Assembly: GCA_041666245.1 (NCBI GenBank)
Contig: JBAYHG010000008.1
Span: forward strand, 16,049 to 80,048
DNA: 64,000 bases
Reading direction: 5' to 3'
Source: Candidatus Peribacteraceae bacterium
GTDB taxonomy: Bacteria > Patescibacteriota > Gracilibacteria > Peribacterales > Peribacteraceae
Each line of letters opens with the position of its first letter. Within the stretch, counting starts at the first letter, position 1. The position numbers and the translations under genes are program-made. This document shows positions 52,701 to 61,594 of the stretch, piece after piece. The notes beneath the pieces were generated by a model. That model saw only the letters and a list, made by a program, of their open reading frames with translations. It searched no databases and was not told the origin of the DNA.

Positions 52701-55700
52701 AGCAGACCGTCGCCGCAGGAATCAACGAGCGTGAATCCGTTGTCGCTCACGTCGAGGTTGCAGTCATCCTCTTGGGAATCAATGCATACAACCCCTGCTG
52801 CATTCCTCGAGACGACAATGACACGATATGGACCGGGGGAAAGCTCCTTCACTTTCCAGCAGGTTTTCATATCCGCTGCACATACCTCCTCTCCTCCCCA
52901 CGTAATGGAATCATCGGGAGAACTCTCGCGTGTAATCCATCCGAGGATCATGTTCCTGTCCGTGTCGAATTGGTGGTCTACGAGCCCGATCATCACCCAA
53001 CCGCTTCCGCCGGACCACCGGATGGTATTGGGCTGACCCAGCTTGAAACTCTCGCCGCCATTGGGCTCGAGCACTGTGACCGCGACCATGGGAGCGATGG
53101 AGGAGGAGGCTTCGGAAGAAGAACTTTCCTCAGAAGACGAGGATCCGGAACTGACGGAGGATGAGCTCTCCTCAGACGATGAAGAGGAACTGGAGGAGGA
53201 TATGTGGCAATCCTGCGGGCAATTGCAGAATCCTTCACCGAGATCGTCGTCACACACGCCATTGCCGCAGGGGAGACAGAGAGCGCCACTGGCGAGCGGG
53301 AGGCACACCCCATTGTCATCGGGTGTCTTGAAAGTTGTCGTTCCCGTGAGTCCATCACAACAGGTATGACCGAGAGCAACGGGCATGATGACCCCAGTGG
53401 AAGTGCAAGGAATGGAGGAGCTGGAAGAGGAAGCCGGATTCGGGCTGCAGATCGAAAGGCTTCCTGACTGCGTGCAGGTGAAACCTGTCTCGAACGTGCA
53501 CGTCGCGGAGCAGCCGTCTTCGTCCGCTGTATTGTGATCGTCACACTCTTCTGCTCCGGTCTTGATACCGTCTCCACAAATCGTGGCACAGACGGAGGGC
53601 GATCCGTCGCACACCCAACCAGTCTCGACAGTGCAGATCGCGGAGCAGCCGTCGCCGGCCTCCGTGCTGTCATCGTCGCATCCCTCGTCACCCGTGATCA
53701 CACCATCTCCGCACTCGGAGGCGGAACTGGAGGCGGAGCTGGAGGAAGGTGCATGCAGACAGGCCCCGCTGTCGCACCCGAATCCACAGGGGACAACCGT
53801 GCTATGCAACCTCCGTGTTCCTTCGGTGCAGACATACTCGGCAACAGCGCACCCTGTGCCGCTGCACTGGGAGACACTGTAGTAGAGCGTGCCTCCGGTG
53901 GAAGACTGGACCTGGAGGCAGGTATCCACGGTGTCTTCGCCATCGGCGGTCACCGTGCCGACTGTGAAGGAATCTTCGCCGTCGGAATCATGACAGGTGT
54001 GCGGCTGACAAAGTGAATTGCACGTACTGTCTTCCGTGCCGTTGCTCGTTCCTTCGTCGCACTCCTCGCCGGTCTCAAGCGTACCGTTACCGCATACGGG
54101 GGCTGCGGAACTGGAAGAAGAAGCTGGATTCGGGCTGCAGATCGAGAGGCTTCCGGACTGCGTGCAGGTGAAACCTGTCTCGACCGTGCAGGTCGCGGAG
54201 CAGCCGTCGCCGGAGTCCGTGTCATCGTCATCACAATCCTCCCCGATGAGCGACTCCGTGCTCTGCGGGTCGAAAAGGAAACGCATGATGATATGACCGT
54301 CGCGTTCGACGACGAGGAGATTGTCTCCATCGATATCATAGGTGCGTCCCTGATTCTGTCCGTAGATGAACGCCGCGACTTGCGCACCGGTCGTCCGGGT
54401 TGCACCGGATCCCGTGGCACCATTGACGAGCGTTGCACCCGTTTGGCCCAACATGTAGCGCTGGAAGAGGATGCCATCGGAGAGGGCGTCCTCTGTGCCG
54501 TTGCCATCGGCGTCCAGATCGATCGTGCCCAGGTACTGCCGGATGACCGCGTTCGTCGTGCGCATCGCGCTCGTTCCGACTGTCGTTTCCAGGAAACCAT
54601 TGCCACATTCCTCTTCAGCACACCGTTCCGAGCAGCCGTCACCGGAGATGATGTTGCCGTCATCGCACTCTTCGACCCCCTTCACCATTGAATCTCCACA
54701 GACCGCGGCACATTGACTGTGACAGTCCGTCGGGGGACCTGTCTGTGCGATCGGCCCCAGGACATCCCCGAGGAGCGAAGCGACGACGTTGCGGAAGAAG
54801 CCCCAGAACCCGCTCACCTGCGGATTGGGACAGATGGTGTTACAGACCCAGCCGGTCTCGACCGTGCAGGTACCGGAGCAGCCGTCGTTGGCAATCGTGT
54901 TTCCATCGTCGCAGAGTTCATCCGCCTGGATAGTGCCATCGCCACACTCGACGGCGATGGAGCTGGAGGAAGAAGAAGTCGGATTCGGGCTGCAGATCGA
55001 GAGGCTTCCGGACTGCGTGCAGGTGAAACCTGTCTCGACCGTGCATGCAGCGGAACAGCCGTCGCCCGGGGTCGTGTTGTGGTCGTCACACTGCTCGGTG
55101 CCTGTCGTGAAGACGGCGCCGTGGTTGGTCCCGTTGTTGCCATAGCCGCTGGCATCGTCGGCATTGCCGTCGAAAGCGTAGGAAGCGACGAGCTGGCTTC
55201 CAGCCGCGTCGGCAAAGATCTTCAGATCCTCGATCTCGCCGTTAAAGTTCTCATTGTACGGATCTCGCCACTTGCCGATGAGGAGACGCTCGTTGTTGGT
55301 CCGGATCCCGACGGTGGTGGCATTGGCGGTCGCGACGATGGCGCCGTCGATGAGGAGCTTCATATTCGGCGCAGGCGCCGTTTTCCCGTACGTGCCGACG
55401 ATGTGGTACCAGCGATTGGTCTGAATGACGCTGCTCCAGATGCCGTTGTCCGCTCCGTTCGCGTCGAAGAAACCGAAAGCCAGCCTGTTGCCTTCGGGGA
55501 ACTTGTGGCCAAGGATGCCGTACGCTCTGCTGGCATCGGCGGTGTCACTGCCCTTCAGGACGACGTAGGTCCAATCCTCACTGAAGTCGCCGTTGAGCTT
55601 GAGCCAGAGGTCAATGGTCATGCCTGAACTGAGGTCAAGACTGGCGCTGTCGGGAGCGTCGATGTAACTGGTGGAACCATTGAAACCGGCGTCTTGGCCA

Positions 55701-58700
55701 ATCCTAATGCCGTCACCACAGAGCGAGCCACAGACGGAGGGGGTGCCGTTACACACCCATCCGGTCTCGACCGTGCAGGTGGTTGAACAACCATCGCTCG
55801 CAGCGATATTGCCGTCGTCACACTGTTCATTCCCCTGGATAATGCCATTACCACATATGGGGGCTATGGAACTGGAGGAAGAACTGGAAGAGGAGGCTGG
55901 AAGAGAGGAGGAGCTGAGAGAGCTGGAGGAGGCTGGAAGAGAGGAGGAGCTGGAACAGGCGGCTGCGGCCATCTTGATATCACCGACGTTTACCTGCGCC
56001 GATCCCTTGGGGAAGCTTATGCCGTAGCGATCCTGCGCCGCCTGCGCGATATCCACGTACACCTCCGAACGTCCCGGGCCCGCATACACCCCGATATACA
56101 CCGCCCGGTGACAATCCTTGTTGAGGTACGCGAACACTTGCTGCGCCGTCGTGACAGAGGGATCAACGGTGAACTGAAATTTCCCGTCGTTATCCGTCTT
56201 CGCATCCGCCGGCATGAACGGCAAAGGACTCGTGACGAAGGCATTCACAATAGGAGCATTCGACACTGCATCCAGGAGCCGTCCCATCACCGTCACGGGG
56301 GGATTTTGAACGGAGGACGATGAGGAAGAAGCGGAACGGACACAAACGCTCGGCACTCCGCTGCAAACCCAGCCGCTCTCGATCACGCATGCGACGGAAC
56401 AACCGTCACCGGCTTTCATGTTCCCGTCGTCGCACTGCTCTGTTCCCTCCTTCTGGCTGTCGCCGCAGAGGATAGACTCACTCACGTCGAGCGGGGAGAC
56501 GCACTCAGGATCGGGAGTGGTTCTCACCCACGTTCCGGAGAGAGGCTGGAACGATCTGCCTGGGGATCCGAAGCCGAACGCGTAGTCCGCGTATCCCATC
56601 TTGTTGGTGTTTTCCAGATAGAAGACCGATGTCTTCGAGTCGTAGAGACCGACCGTATCCGTTCCGTCACTGTCCCAATCGCCCGCCGTCGGAGTCCATC
56701 CTGCTCCCGGATCACCGTAGCCGAACATGATGTCTGCATATCCGGTGGTGTTGGAGTTGCGCAGGTGGAACCAGGATGTGACGGGGTCGTAGACACCGAT
56801 CGTGTCCTTTCCGTCCTTGTCCCAATCACCCGCGATGGCGATGGCCCCGGGGAAACTGTACGGGAACTGGAGGTCCGCATTGCCGGACGAGTTGGTATTG
56901 CGCAGATAGAAGGTGAGAGCCTTCGGATCGAAGAGACCGATGGAATCCTTCCCGTCTCCGTCCCAGTCTCCCGCAAGGGGAGTCAGCCCCGTATTCGGAG
57001 TCCCGAACCCAAACGTCATGTTTGGATTTCCTCCTGCGAGGGAATCCCACAACGAGAAGGTGGATGTCGCAGGATCGTAGAGTCCCGGCGTTTCGAGTCC
57101 GTCGCCGTTCCAGTCACCCGCAATGGATCGCTGCCCGGTCCTCCCTAGGGGGAGCGTGACCGCACCCATTCCCCTGCTATACCCAAGGTAGAACACGCCC
57201 GCAGGATCGTAGACGCCGATCTTCCCCGCCCAGGCGTTCGCAGCGTCGATCTTGCCGTCACCATCGTTGTCGACGCCATCGGTGCACTGCATGAACGGTT
57301 TGCAGGAAGTCGCTGTGCTGCTGCTCTCGGTACAGAGCCAACCCCCCTCCACCACGCAGGTGGAGGAACAGCCGTCGCCGGAAGCGGTATTTTTGTCATC
57401 ACAGGACTCGTCGCCCATTCGAATGCCGTCACCGCATGTGGTTGTACATGCAGACGAGCAACCGTCATTTTCAACTGCATTCTTGTCATCACACTGCTCC
57501 GCCCCGACGACGATGCCGTCGCCGCAGGACGGCACACAGGTACTCGGTACTCCGGAACATGCCCAACCGGCTTCCGGCGCGCAGGCGGCGGAACAACCGT
57601 CACCGGAGATGATATTTCTGTCGTCGCACAACTCATTGGAATCGGGGACTCCATTGCCGCAGAGCTTCTGACAAACGCTCGGTGAGCCGCCGCATGTCCA
57701 GCCACTCTCCAGCGTGCACGTCGAGGAGCAACCGTCGCCGGAAATCACGTTCTTGTCATCACACTGCTCCGCCCCGACGACGATGCCGTCGCTGCAGGAC
57801 GACACACAGGTACTCGGTGCTCCGGGACATGCCCAACCGGCTTCCAGCACGCAAGTGGCGGAGCAACCATCATTGCCATTCTGGTTGCCATCGTCACACG
57901 CTTCCGGCGCTTCGATAACGCTGTCACCGCAGAACGGCGACTCACTCGTGTCCATCGCGGAGAGACACTGCGGATCTCTGTCCATGGTCCGCCACTTCCC
58001 CGACACAGGCAGCCAATTCGGGGCTCCGTATCCGAAGCTGATATCCGCGGTGCCGGACGTGTTGGAATTGCGCAGGTGGAACCAGGATGTGGCGGGGTCG
58101 TAGACACCGATCGTCGTTGTCCTGTTTCCATCCCAGTCACCCACGACCGGCAGCCAGCCGCTGTTTGCCGCACCGAAGGCGACCGTGAGATCCGCCTCTC
58201 CCGACGTGTTGGAATTGCGGAGGTAGAAGGTTGATTTCTTCGCGTTGTAGAGACCGATTGTTTCCGTGCCGTTACCATCCCAATCCCCGGCCACCGGAAG
58301 CCATCCCGCAAGAGGAGTGCCGAATCCGATTTCCAGATCCGCCGTTCCCGTCGTGTTGCTGTTCCTCAGGAAGAACTTGGAAGTTCTCGGGTTGTAGAGA
58401 CCGATTGTTTCCGTGCCGTTGCCATCCCAATCCCCGGCCACCGGAAGCCATCCCGCATTCGGTGTTCCGAAGGAAACCTCCTGATCCGCCACCCCTGTCG
58501 TGTTGGAATTGCGGAGATAGAATTTCGCCTCCGCCTGATTGTAGAGACCGATCGTCACCGCACCATCGCCGTCCCAGTCTCCGATAACGGGCTTCGCGCC
58601 GGCCATCCCGAACGACGCCATGCTGTTTGCCACGCCTGTCGACAGACTGTTGCGAAGGTAGAAGGTCATCGATGTCGGGTCGAGAAGACCGATGCCATCC

Positions 58701-58885
58701 GTACGCAAGACCGTTCCACGAACATCCGCAGTCTGGTCGCCGTCATTGTCGATGCCGTCATTGCACTGTGGTGCCGACGTCTGCGCCAGGAAGGACCGTG
58801 AGAGGGTTGCCGTGGCTCCGGTGAGAGCGACGACCGCAAGGGCGAGGAAGACTTTCCTCGACCAACCGAGAAGGGCGGTTTCCAT
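49754..58885 (-). CDS. Giant secreted multidomain surface protein (3043 aa): FG-GAP/VCBS-like repeats, ~19 Cys-rich CxxDDxNxxxGDGCSxxC repeats, LamG-like domain, dockerin-like EF-hand pairs, Ser-rich linkers, conserved C-terminal domain
   Basis: Uninterrupted 9.1-kb ORF with a signal peptide (KVFLALAVVALTGATA). Repeats: GDWDG(D/N)GxxTIGLY...FYLRNSNTxGxAD, EQCDDGNxxxGDGCSxTCxVExGWxC, a LamG-like block (FNGSTSYIDAPDSASLDL ... FNGEIEDLKIF) and dockerin-like DLDADGNGTEDALSDGILFQRYMLG. Confidence 0.9.
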   Translation of the reverse strand: METALLGWSRKVFLALAVVALTGATATLSRSFLAQTSAPQCNDGIDNDGDQTADVRGTVLRTDGIGLLDPTSMTFYLRNSLSTGVANSMASFGMAGAKPVIGDWDGDGAVTIGLYNQAEAKFYLRNSNTTGVADQEVSFGTPNAGWLPVAGDWDGNGTETIGLYNPRTSKFFLRNSNTTGTADLEIGFGTPLAGWLPVAGDWDGNGTETIGLYNAKKSTFYLRNSNTSGEADLTVAFGAANSGWLPVVGDWDGNRTTTIGVYDPATSWFHLRNSNTSGTADISFGYGAPNWLPVSGKWRTMDRDPQCLSAMDTSESPFCGDSVIEAPEACDDGNQNGNDGCSATCVLEAGWACPGAPSTCVSSCSDGIVVGAEQCDDKNVISGDGCSSTCTLESGWTCGGSPSVCQKLCGNGVPDSNELCDDRNIISGDGCSAACAPEAGWACSGVPSTCVPSCGDGIVVGAEQCDDKNAVENDGCSSACTTTCGDGIRMGDESCDDKNTASGDGCSSTCVVEGGWLCTESSSTATSCKPFMQCTDGVDNDGDGKIDAANAWAGKIGVYDPAGVFYLGYSRGMGAVTLPLGRTGQRSIAGDWNGDGLETPGLYDPATSTFSLWDSLAGGNPNMTFGFGTPNTGLTPLAGDWDGDGKDSIGLFDPKALTFYLRNTNSSGNADLQFPYSFPGAIAIAGDWDKDGKDTIGVYDPVTSWFHLRNSNTTGYADIMFGYGDPGAGWTPTAGDWDSDGTDTVGLYDSKTSVFYLENTNKMGYADYAFGFGSPGRSFQPLSGTWVRTTPDPECVSPLDVSESILCGDSQKEGTEQCDDGNMKAGDGCSVACVIESGWVCSGVPSVCVRSASSSSSSVQNPPVTVMGRLLDAVSNAPIVNAFVTSPLPFMPADAKTDNDGKFQFTVDPSVTTAQQVFAYLNKDCHRAVYIGVYAGPGRSEVYVDIAQAAQDRYGISFPKGSAQVNVGDIKMAAAACSSSSSLPASSSSLSSSSLPASSSSSSSSSIAPICGNGIIQGNEQCDDGNIAASDGCSTTCTVETGWVCNGTPSVCGSLCGDGIRIGQDAGFNGSTSYIDAPDSASLDLSSGMTIDLWLKLNGDFSEDWTYVVLKGSDTADASRAYGILGHKFPEGNRLAFGFFDANGADNGIWSSVIQTNRWYHIVGTYGKTAPAPNMKLLIDGAIVATANATTVGIRTNNERLLIGKWRDPYNENFNGEIEDLKIFADAAGSQLVASYAFDGNADDASGYGNNGTNHGAVFTTGTEQCDDHNTTPGDGCSAACTVETGFTCTQSGSLSICSPNPTSSSSSSIAVECGDGTIQADELCDDGNTIANDGCSGTCTVETGWVCNTICPNPQVSGFWGFFRNVVASLLGDVLGPIAQTGPPTDCHSQCAAVCGDSMVKGVEECDDGNIISGDGCSERCAEEECGNGFLETTVGTSAMRTTNAVIRQYLGTIDLDADGNGTEDALSDGILFQRYMLGQTGATLVNGATGSGATRTTGAQVAAFIYGQNQGRTYDIDGDNLLVVERDGHIIMRFLFDPQSTESLIGEDCDDDDTDSGDGCSATCTVETGFTCTQSGSLSICSPNPASSSSSAAPVCGNGTLETGEECDEGTSNGTEDSTCNSLCQPHTCHDSDGEDSFTVGTVTADGEDTVDTCLQVQSSTGGTLYYSVSQCSGTGCAVAEYVCTEGTRRLHSTVVPCGFGCDSGACLHAPSSSSASSSASECGDGVITGDEGCDDDSTEAGDGCSAICTVETGWVCDGSPSVCATICGDGIKTGAEECDDHNTADEDGCSATCTFETGFTCTQSGSLSICSPNPASSSSSSIPCTSTGVIMPVALGHTCCDGLTGTTTFKTPDDNGVCLPLASGALCLPCGNGVCDDDLGEGFCNCPQDCHISSSSSSSSSEESSSSVSSGSSSSEESSSSEASSSIAPMVAVTVLEPNGGESFKLGQPNTIRWSGGSGWVMIGLVDHQFDTDRNMILGWITRESSPDDSITWGGEEVCAADMKTCWKVKELSPGPYRVIVVSRNAAGVVCIDSQEDDCNLDVSDNGFTLVDSCGDGLLATSVGPSATRVKASEVRQYLGMIDLDLDGNGTQEALSDGLLLNRYMSGMTGATLVNGVIGSGATRTTPGEILAFIGSHLEDYYDIDGNGSLEADYDGEIALRYLFDPQVPTLIGEECDDSNVIDGDGCSATCTVETGWMCYVECGTTGTSSEGPLASLRSFFASLFSFVRAQLTGSGSTTEPEQCRSVCAPFCGDGLCMTVEDTSCTRCDGTNDSCDESCYACPEDCGIPSACIEEGKEGSGLTNDACCEDLISVSNAQRDSEGDCAVNEDGSFLCTLCGDGVCGLGENACNCPHDCLNLPIAPCGDGWVDTEVSEECDDGNDGNGDGCSVYCMIENGWECNPDEAGQSECASIFGDGLITGTEECDDANTTDGDGCTLGMIDDGWECAGEPSECTEIPQVAECGNSVVEEGEECDDGNDTENDGCNSCSQEHGWVCSESGSLSICATECGDGKKAGEEQCDDSNSVNGDGCSSSCAREVGFECAPDVEPSLCTSTCGDGIKVGTEECDDDNNDDGDGCNSACRSETCTDSDSGKVLSVKGTTVTGPNGSGSFVTQVDYCGEDGMIGEYSCSGSTIVLEEQSCPTESVCGDGACIPPPEATLTITAVTSTQTQLLGGTLGKAALQLKLKAGNLGDSGNTVRIDTIGFNVITNDGRPHPSVAEAQIFRKGGTEPIAHATAAACGSGSNFMLCADLSQTGLSLTETAGDILSVRVLANSDEQTSSHQVFQLGLPPDGIEASEVRAGNSVPLSINDGNGAAAGEILVFPSDRLVNPATKNKTVYGTIQYPVYAKVLSITDANEDADNTALSAGAKDVAAFTFSAAANVNTKDGLNVIALSGAYFNVVTANVTVNADSLQFYNSAAPDVVRSCRAYSKTGTQLTGEISGSFLAYCNLRDGVLDTQIEQGTSSTFKLRVTILNPKVDDAKSSQLIVSLRQFNKPGLSFGTTGSHLLWEDADQGSATSFRWAEDSLGYVESTRYFFN

Positions 58886-58922
58886 ATTTGGGATGGGTAG
58901 GGATATTTGTTTTTTTCATGAA

Positions 58923-58951
58923 ATTATAGCACTAACGGGCGTTTTGCTCAA
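58923..58951 (-). promoter_or_regulatory. Strong sigma70-type promoter of the giant gene (extended -10)
   Basis: Minus strand reads TTGAGC (58946-58951), a 17-nt spacer ending in TGC, then TATAAT (58923-58928), ~37 nt upstream of ATG 58885. Confidence 0.55.
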
Positions 58952-58979
58952 CTCCAAAGCCTTCCAGCGGATGGCGATG

Positions 58980-60209
58980 TCAGTTGTTCGCAGCGGGATG
59001 CAGCAAAGCCTCCAGCGCGGCCTGGAGCTGCGCATCTGAGCCATTCGCGGCATCGCCGGGTTTCGGCTCCACTTGTACATCCGGCGTCACGCCCGCCTTG
59101 CTCAGATCCTTCCCGTTAGGCGTGTGCCAGCGCGCGATGGTGACGCGCACGCTGCTGCCGTCCGGCAGATCAATCACTTCCTGCACCGTCCCCTTGCCGA
59201 AGCTCTGCATTCCCACGATCACCGCACGCTCATGATCCTGCAGCGCTCCCGCGAGGATCTCCGACGCACTGGCGGATGCCTGATTGATGAGAACGACCAT
59301 CGGGAGATCCGGAACGATGACCCTTCCCGAGACATCCTGATGCTCCGTCTGCTCACCCCGACTCACGACCGACACCACGCGCCCTTCCCGCAGGAACATC
59401 GAAGCGATGTCCACGGCACCGTTCAGGTAGCCGCCGCCGTTATTGCGCAAGTCGAGAATGAGCCCCTGCAGATTCTTGTCCTTGAAGGAGAGGAGCGCCT
59501 GTCGCACTTCGTCGGTGCTGTGATCGCCGAATTGGTTGAGCGTAATGTAGCCGATCTCTGCACCTGACTGCGTCAGGACCTTCGACTCCACGGAGGGGAC
59601 GGACACCGTCGCGCGCCGGATCGTGAATGTGAGGGGGCCGGGAGCGTCCGCTCGCCCGACGAGCAGCGCCACGTTCGTGCCCTTCGGGCCGCGAATGCGA
59701 TCCACAACGTCATCGAGCGTCAGTCCCTGAAGCGTCTCACCATCCACTTTCACGATCACGTCTCCCGGCAGGAGCCCCGCCTTCTCGGCAGGCGATCCTT
59801 TGAGCGGTGACACGACTGTCACGATCCCGTCTTTCATTGTCAGCTCCGCACCGATGCCCTCGAGCGTGCCGCTGAGCACTCCGCGGAACGCCTTGTTCTC
59901 CTTCGGCGGCATGAAGACCGTGTAGGGATCACCCACACCCCGCACCAACCCCTCGGTAGCCCCGAGGATCAGCTTCCCCGGCTGCAGAGCAGCGGGATCA
60001 ACGTACGTGCGCTGCAGCAGTGCCCACACGGAGAAGAGCGCGGACAGATCTGCTTTCTGCGGATCGATCATCGTGTCTCCGCTGCCCGATACGACGGAGT
60101 ACTCCACGCCCATCATCGACCGCTCGTACGACGCCCCCAGTTGCCAGCCTGCAGCGAGGAGGAGGGCGCTTGCCCCGAGAGCGAGAATTGTGGAGCGGAG
60201 GGACTTCAT
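58980..60209 (-). CDS. C-terminal processing (tail-specific) S41 peptidase with PDZ domain
   Basis: Start ATG 60209 (MKSLRSTILALGASALLLAAG). PDZ-type GSPAEKAGLLPGDVIVKVDG. S41 core: LILDLRNNGGGYL and SASASEILAGALQD ... SFGKGTVQ. Confidence 0.9.
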   Translation of the reverse strand: MKSLRSTILALGASALLLAAGWQLGASYERSMMGVEYSVVSGSGDTMIDPQKADLSALFSVWALLQRTYVDPAALQPGKLILGATEGLVRGVGDPYTVFMPPKENKAFRGVLSGTLEGIGAELTMKDGIVTVVSPLKGSPAEKAGLLPGDVIVKVDGETLQGLTLDDVVDRIRGPKGTNVALLVGRADAPGPLTFTIRRATVSVPSVESKVLTQSGAEIGYITLNQFGDHSTDEVRQALLSFKDKNLQGLILDLRNNGGGYLNGAVDIASMFLREGRVVSVVSRGEQTEHQDVSGRVIVPDLPMVVLINQASASASEILAGALQDHERAVIVGMQSFGKGTVQEVIDLPDGSSVRVTIARWHTPNGKDLSKAGVTPDVQVEPKPGDAANGSDAQLQAALEALLHPAANN

Positions 60210-60351
60210 GGAATTTCCGTGTGGAACCGGTTTCGAATCCGGGAACGGCCGGTTAGGATAGGACTCCATGGTATCCGCCCGCACCCGCGCGCACAAACGA
60301 CCGGCAAAGAAACAGGGAAAAGCGAAGACACAGACAGGCATCGTGCGCGAA

Positions 60352-60843
60352 ATGCGCGTCACGGATATTGTCGCGCTCTGCCCGGGAGCGGATCGGGTGT
60401 TCGAGGCGTATGGCATCTACTGTGCGGGGTGCAGCATGGGCGGCAGAGAATCGCTTCTGGAAGCGACACAGATCCATGGCTTCGGAGACGGTGACATCGT
60501 GGAACTGCTCGACGACCTCAATGTGCTCCTCAGGAAGCAACCGCAGCGGCCACAGACGTTGACCGTGACGGAAGCGGCGGCGAAGGCACTCGCGAAGGTG
60601 TTGAAAAACGAGGGGAAGACGGGCTCCGGCTTGCTCGTGATGCTCGATGCTGAGGGGGACTTCTGCATGGAATTCCGCAAGGAAAAACTGCGCGATGAAC
60701 TCTCCTTCTCCCATACGAACGTTCCGTCCGTGAAGATCTTCGCTTCACCGTTCACCCTCAGCCGGATCGGCGGCGCGACGATCGATTTCCGGGAGGGGAG
60801 ATTTAAGTTGGACCTTCCCGAAGCCACAAATCCCACATCCTGA
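60352..60843 (+). CDS. DUF1858 (redox-disulfide-type) domain fused to a HesB/IscA-like domain
   Basis: N-terminal part: VTDIVALCPGADRVFEAYGIYCAGCSMGGRESLLEATQIHGF. C-terminal part: LTVTEAAAKALAKVLKNEGKTGSGLLVMLDAEGDFCMEF ... GATIDF, HesB-like but without the C-terminal CGCG motif. Confidence 0.65.
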   Translation: MRVTDIVALCPGADRVFEAYGIYCAGCSMGGRESLLEATQIHGFGDGDIVELLDDLNVLLRKQPQRPQTLTVTEAAAKALAKVLKNEGKTGSGLLVMLDAEGDFCMEFRKEKLRDELSFSHTNVPSVKIFASPFTLSRIGGATIDFREGRFKLDLPEATNPTS

Positions 60844-60900
60844 TACCCAAGACCGTGCTCGGGATCGTCTTTGGGGTTTGGGACTTGGGACTTGGTGATT
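60824..60900. repeat. Weak candidate tandem-word fold-back (word TCCCAAG)
   Basis: Left arm: ccacaaatcccacatcctgatacccaagacc. Right arm: tctttggggtttgggacttgggacttggtgatt. Complementarity is only word-level. Confidence 0.3.
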
Positions 60901-60916
60901 CCTCCTGAGGAGGTGA

Positions 60917-61594
60917 ATGTCACTTTCTCCGAAGCGTGCTACTCTACCCTCTAAGATGGTCCGTCTCCCCGCCTCACTGGAACGAAAGCTCGCGGAGCTC
61001 TTCCCGCACATTCACGAACGCGAGCAGTGGGTGGCGGATACGCTGGAGGATGCCATGGAGAATGCGGAGCCGGCGGTACACGAGAAACTTCCGGAGCATG
61101 TGGGCGGGACGCTCCATCTCTTTTCCGACGGCGGATCGCGGGGCAACCCCGGTCAGGCCGCCATCGCGTGGATCATCGAGGATCCGGCACGCGGCGTGAT
61201 TCTCAAGCAGCATGCGGAATGCATCGGCGTCGAGACGAACAACATCGCGGAGTACCGAGCGCTCCTGGAAGGACTCAAGGTCGCCCAGCGCTACCGCCCC
61301 AATCGCCTCATCTGCCACCTCGATTCCGAGCTCGTCGTGCGGCAGCTTTCCGGAGAGTACCAGGTGAAGATGCAGACGCTGCAACCCTACGTGGAGGAAA
61401 TCCGCGCCATCACGATGGAACTCCCGGACGTCGTCTTCAAGCACATCCCGCGGAGCGACAACTACCGCGCGGACGCGCTGGTGAACAAAGTCCTGAACGA
61501 GCAGGAGAGAGGATCCAGACGGGCGATCCCGAACTCGCAGAAGCCGCCGCCTTACAGACCGCCGCAGCAGTTTTTCGGGAGGGGAGAATATTAG
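60917..61594 (+). CDS. rnhA: RNase H type 1 (RNase HI family) with ~60-aa N-terminal extension
   Basis: LHLFSDGGSRGNPGQAAIAW ... TNNIAEYRALLEGL ... DSELVVRQL ... NYRADALVN (DEDD catalytic pattern). ATG 60917 is preceded by GAGGAGGT at a 3-nt spacing. Confidence 0.8.
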   Translation: MSLSPKRATLPSKMVRLPASLERKLAELFPHIHEREQWVADTLEDAMENAEPAVHEKLPEHVGGTLHLFSDGGSRGNPGQAAIAWIIEDPARGVILKQHAECIGVETNNIAEYRALLEGLKVAQRYRPNRLICHLDSELVVRQLSGEYQVKMQTLQPYVEEIRAITMELPDVVFKHIPRSDNYRADALVNKVLNEQERGSRRAIPNSQKPPPYRPPQQFFGRGEY

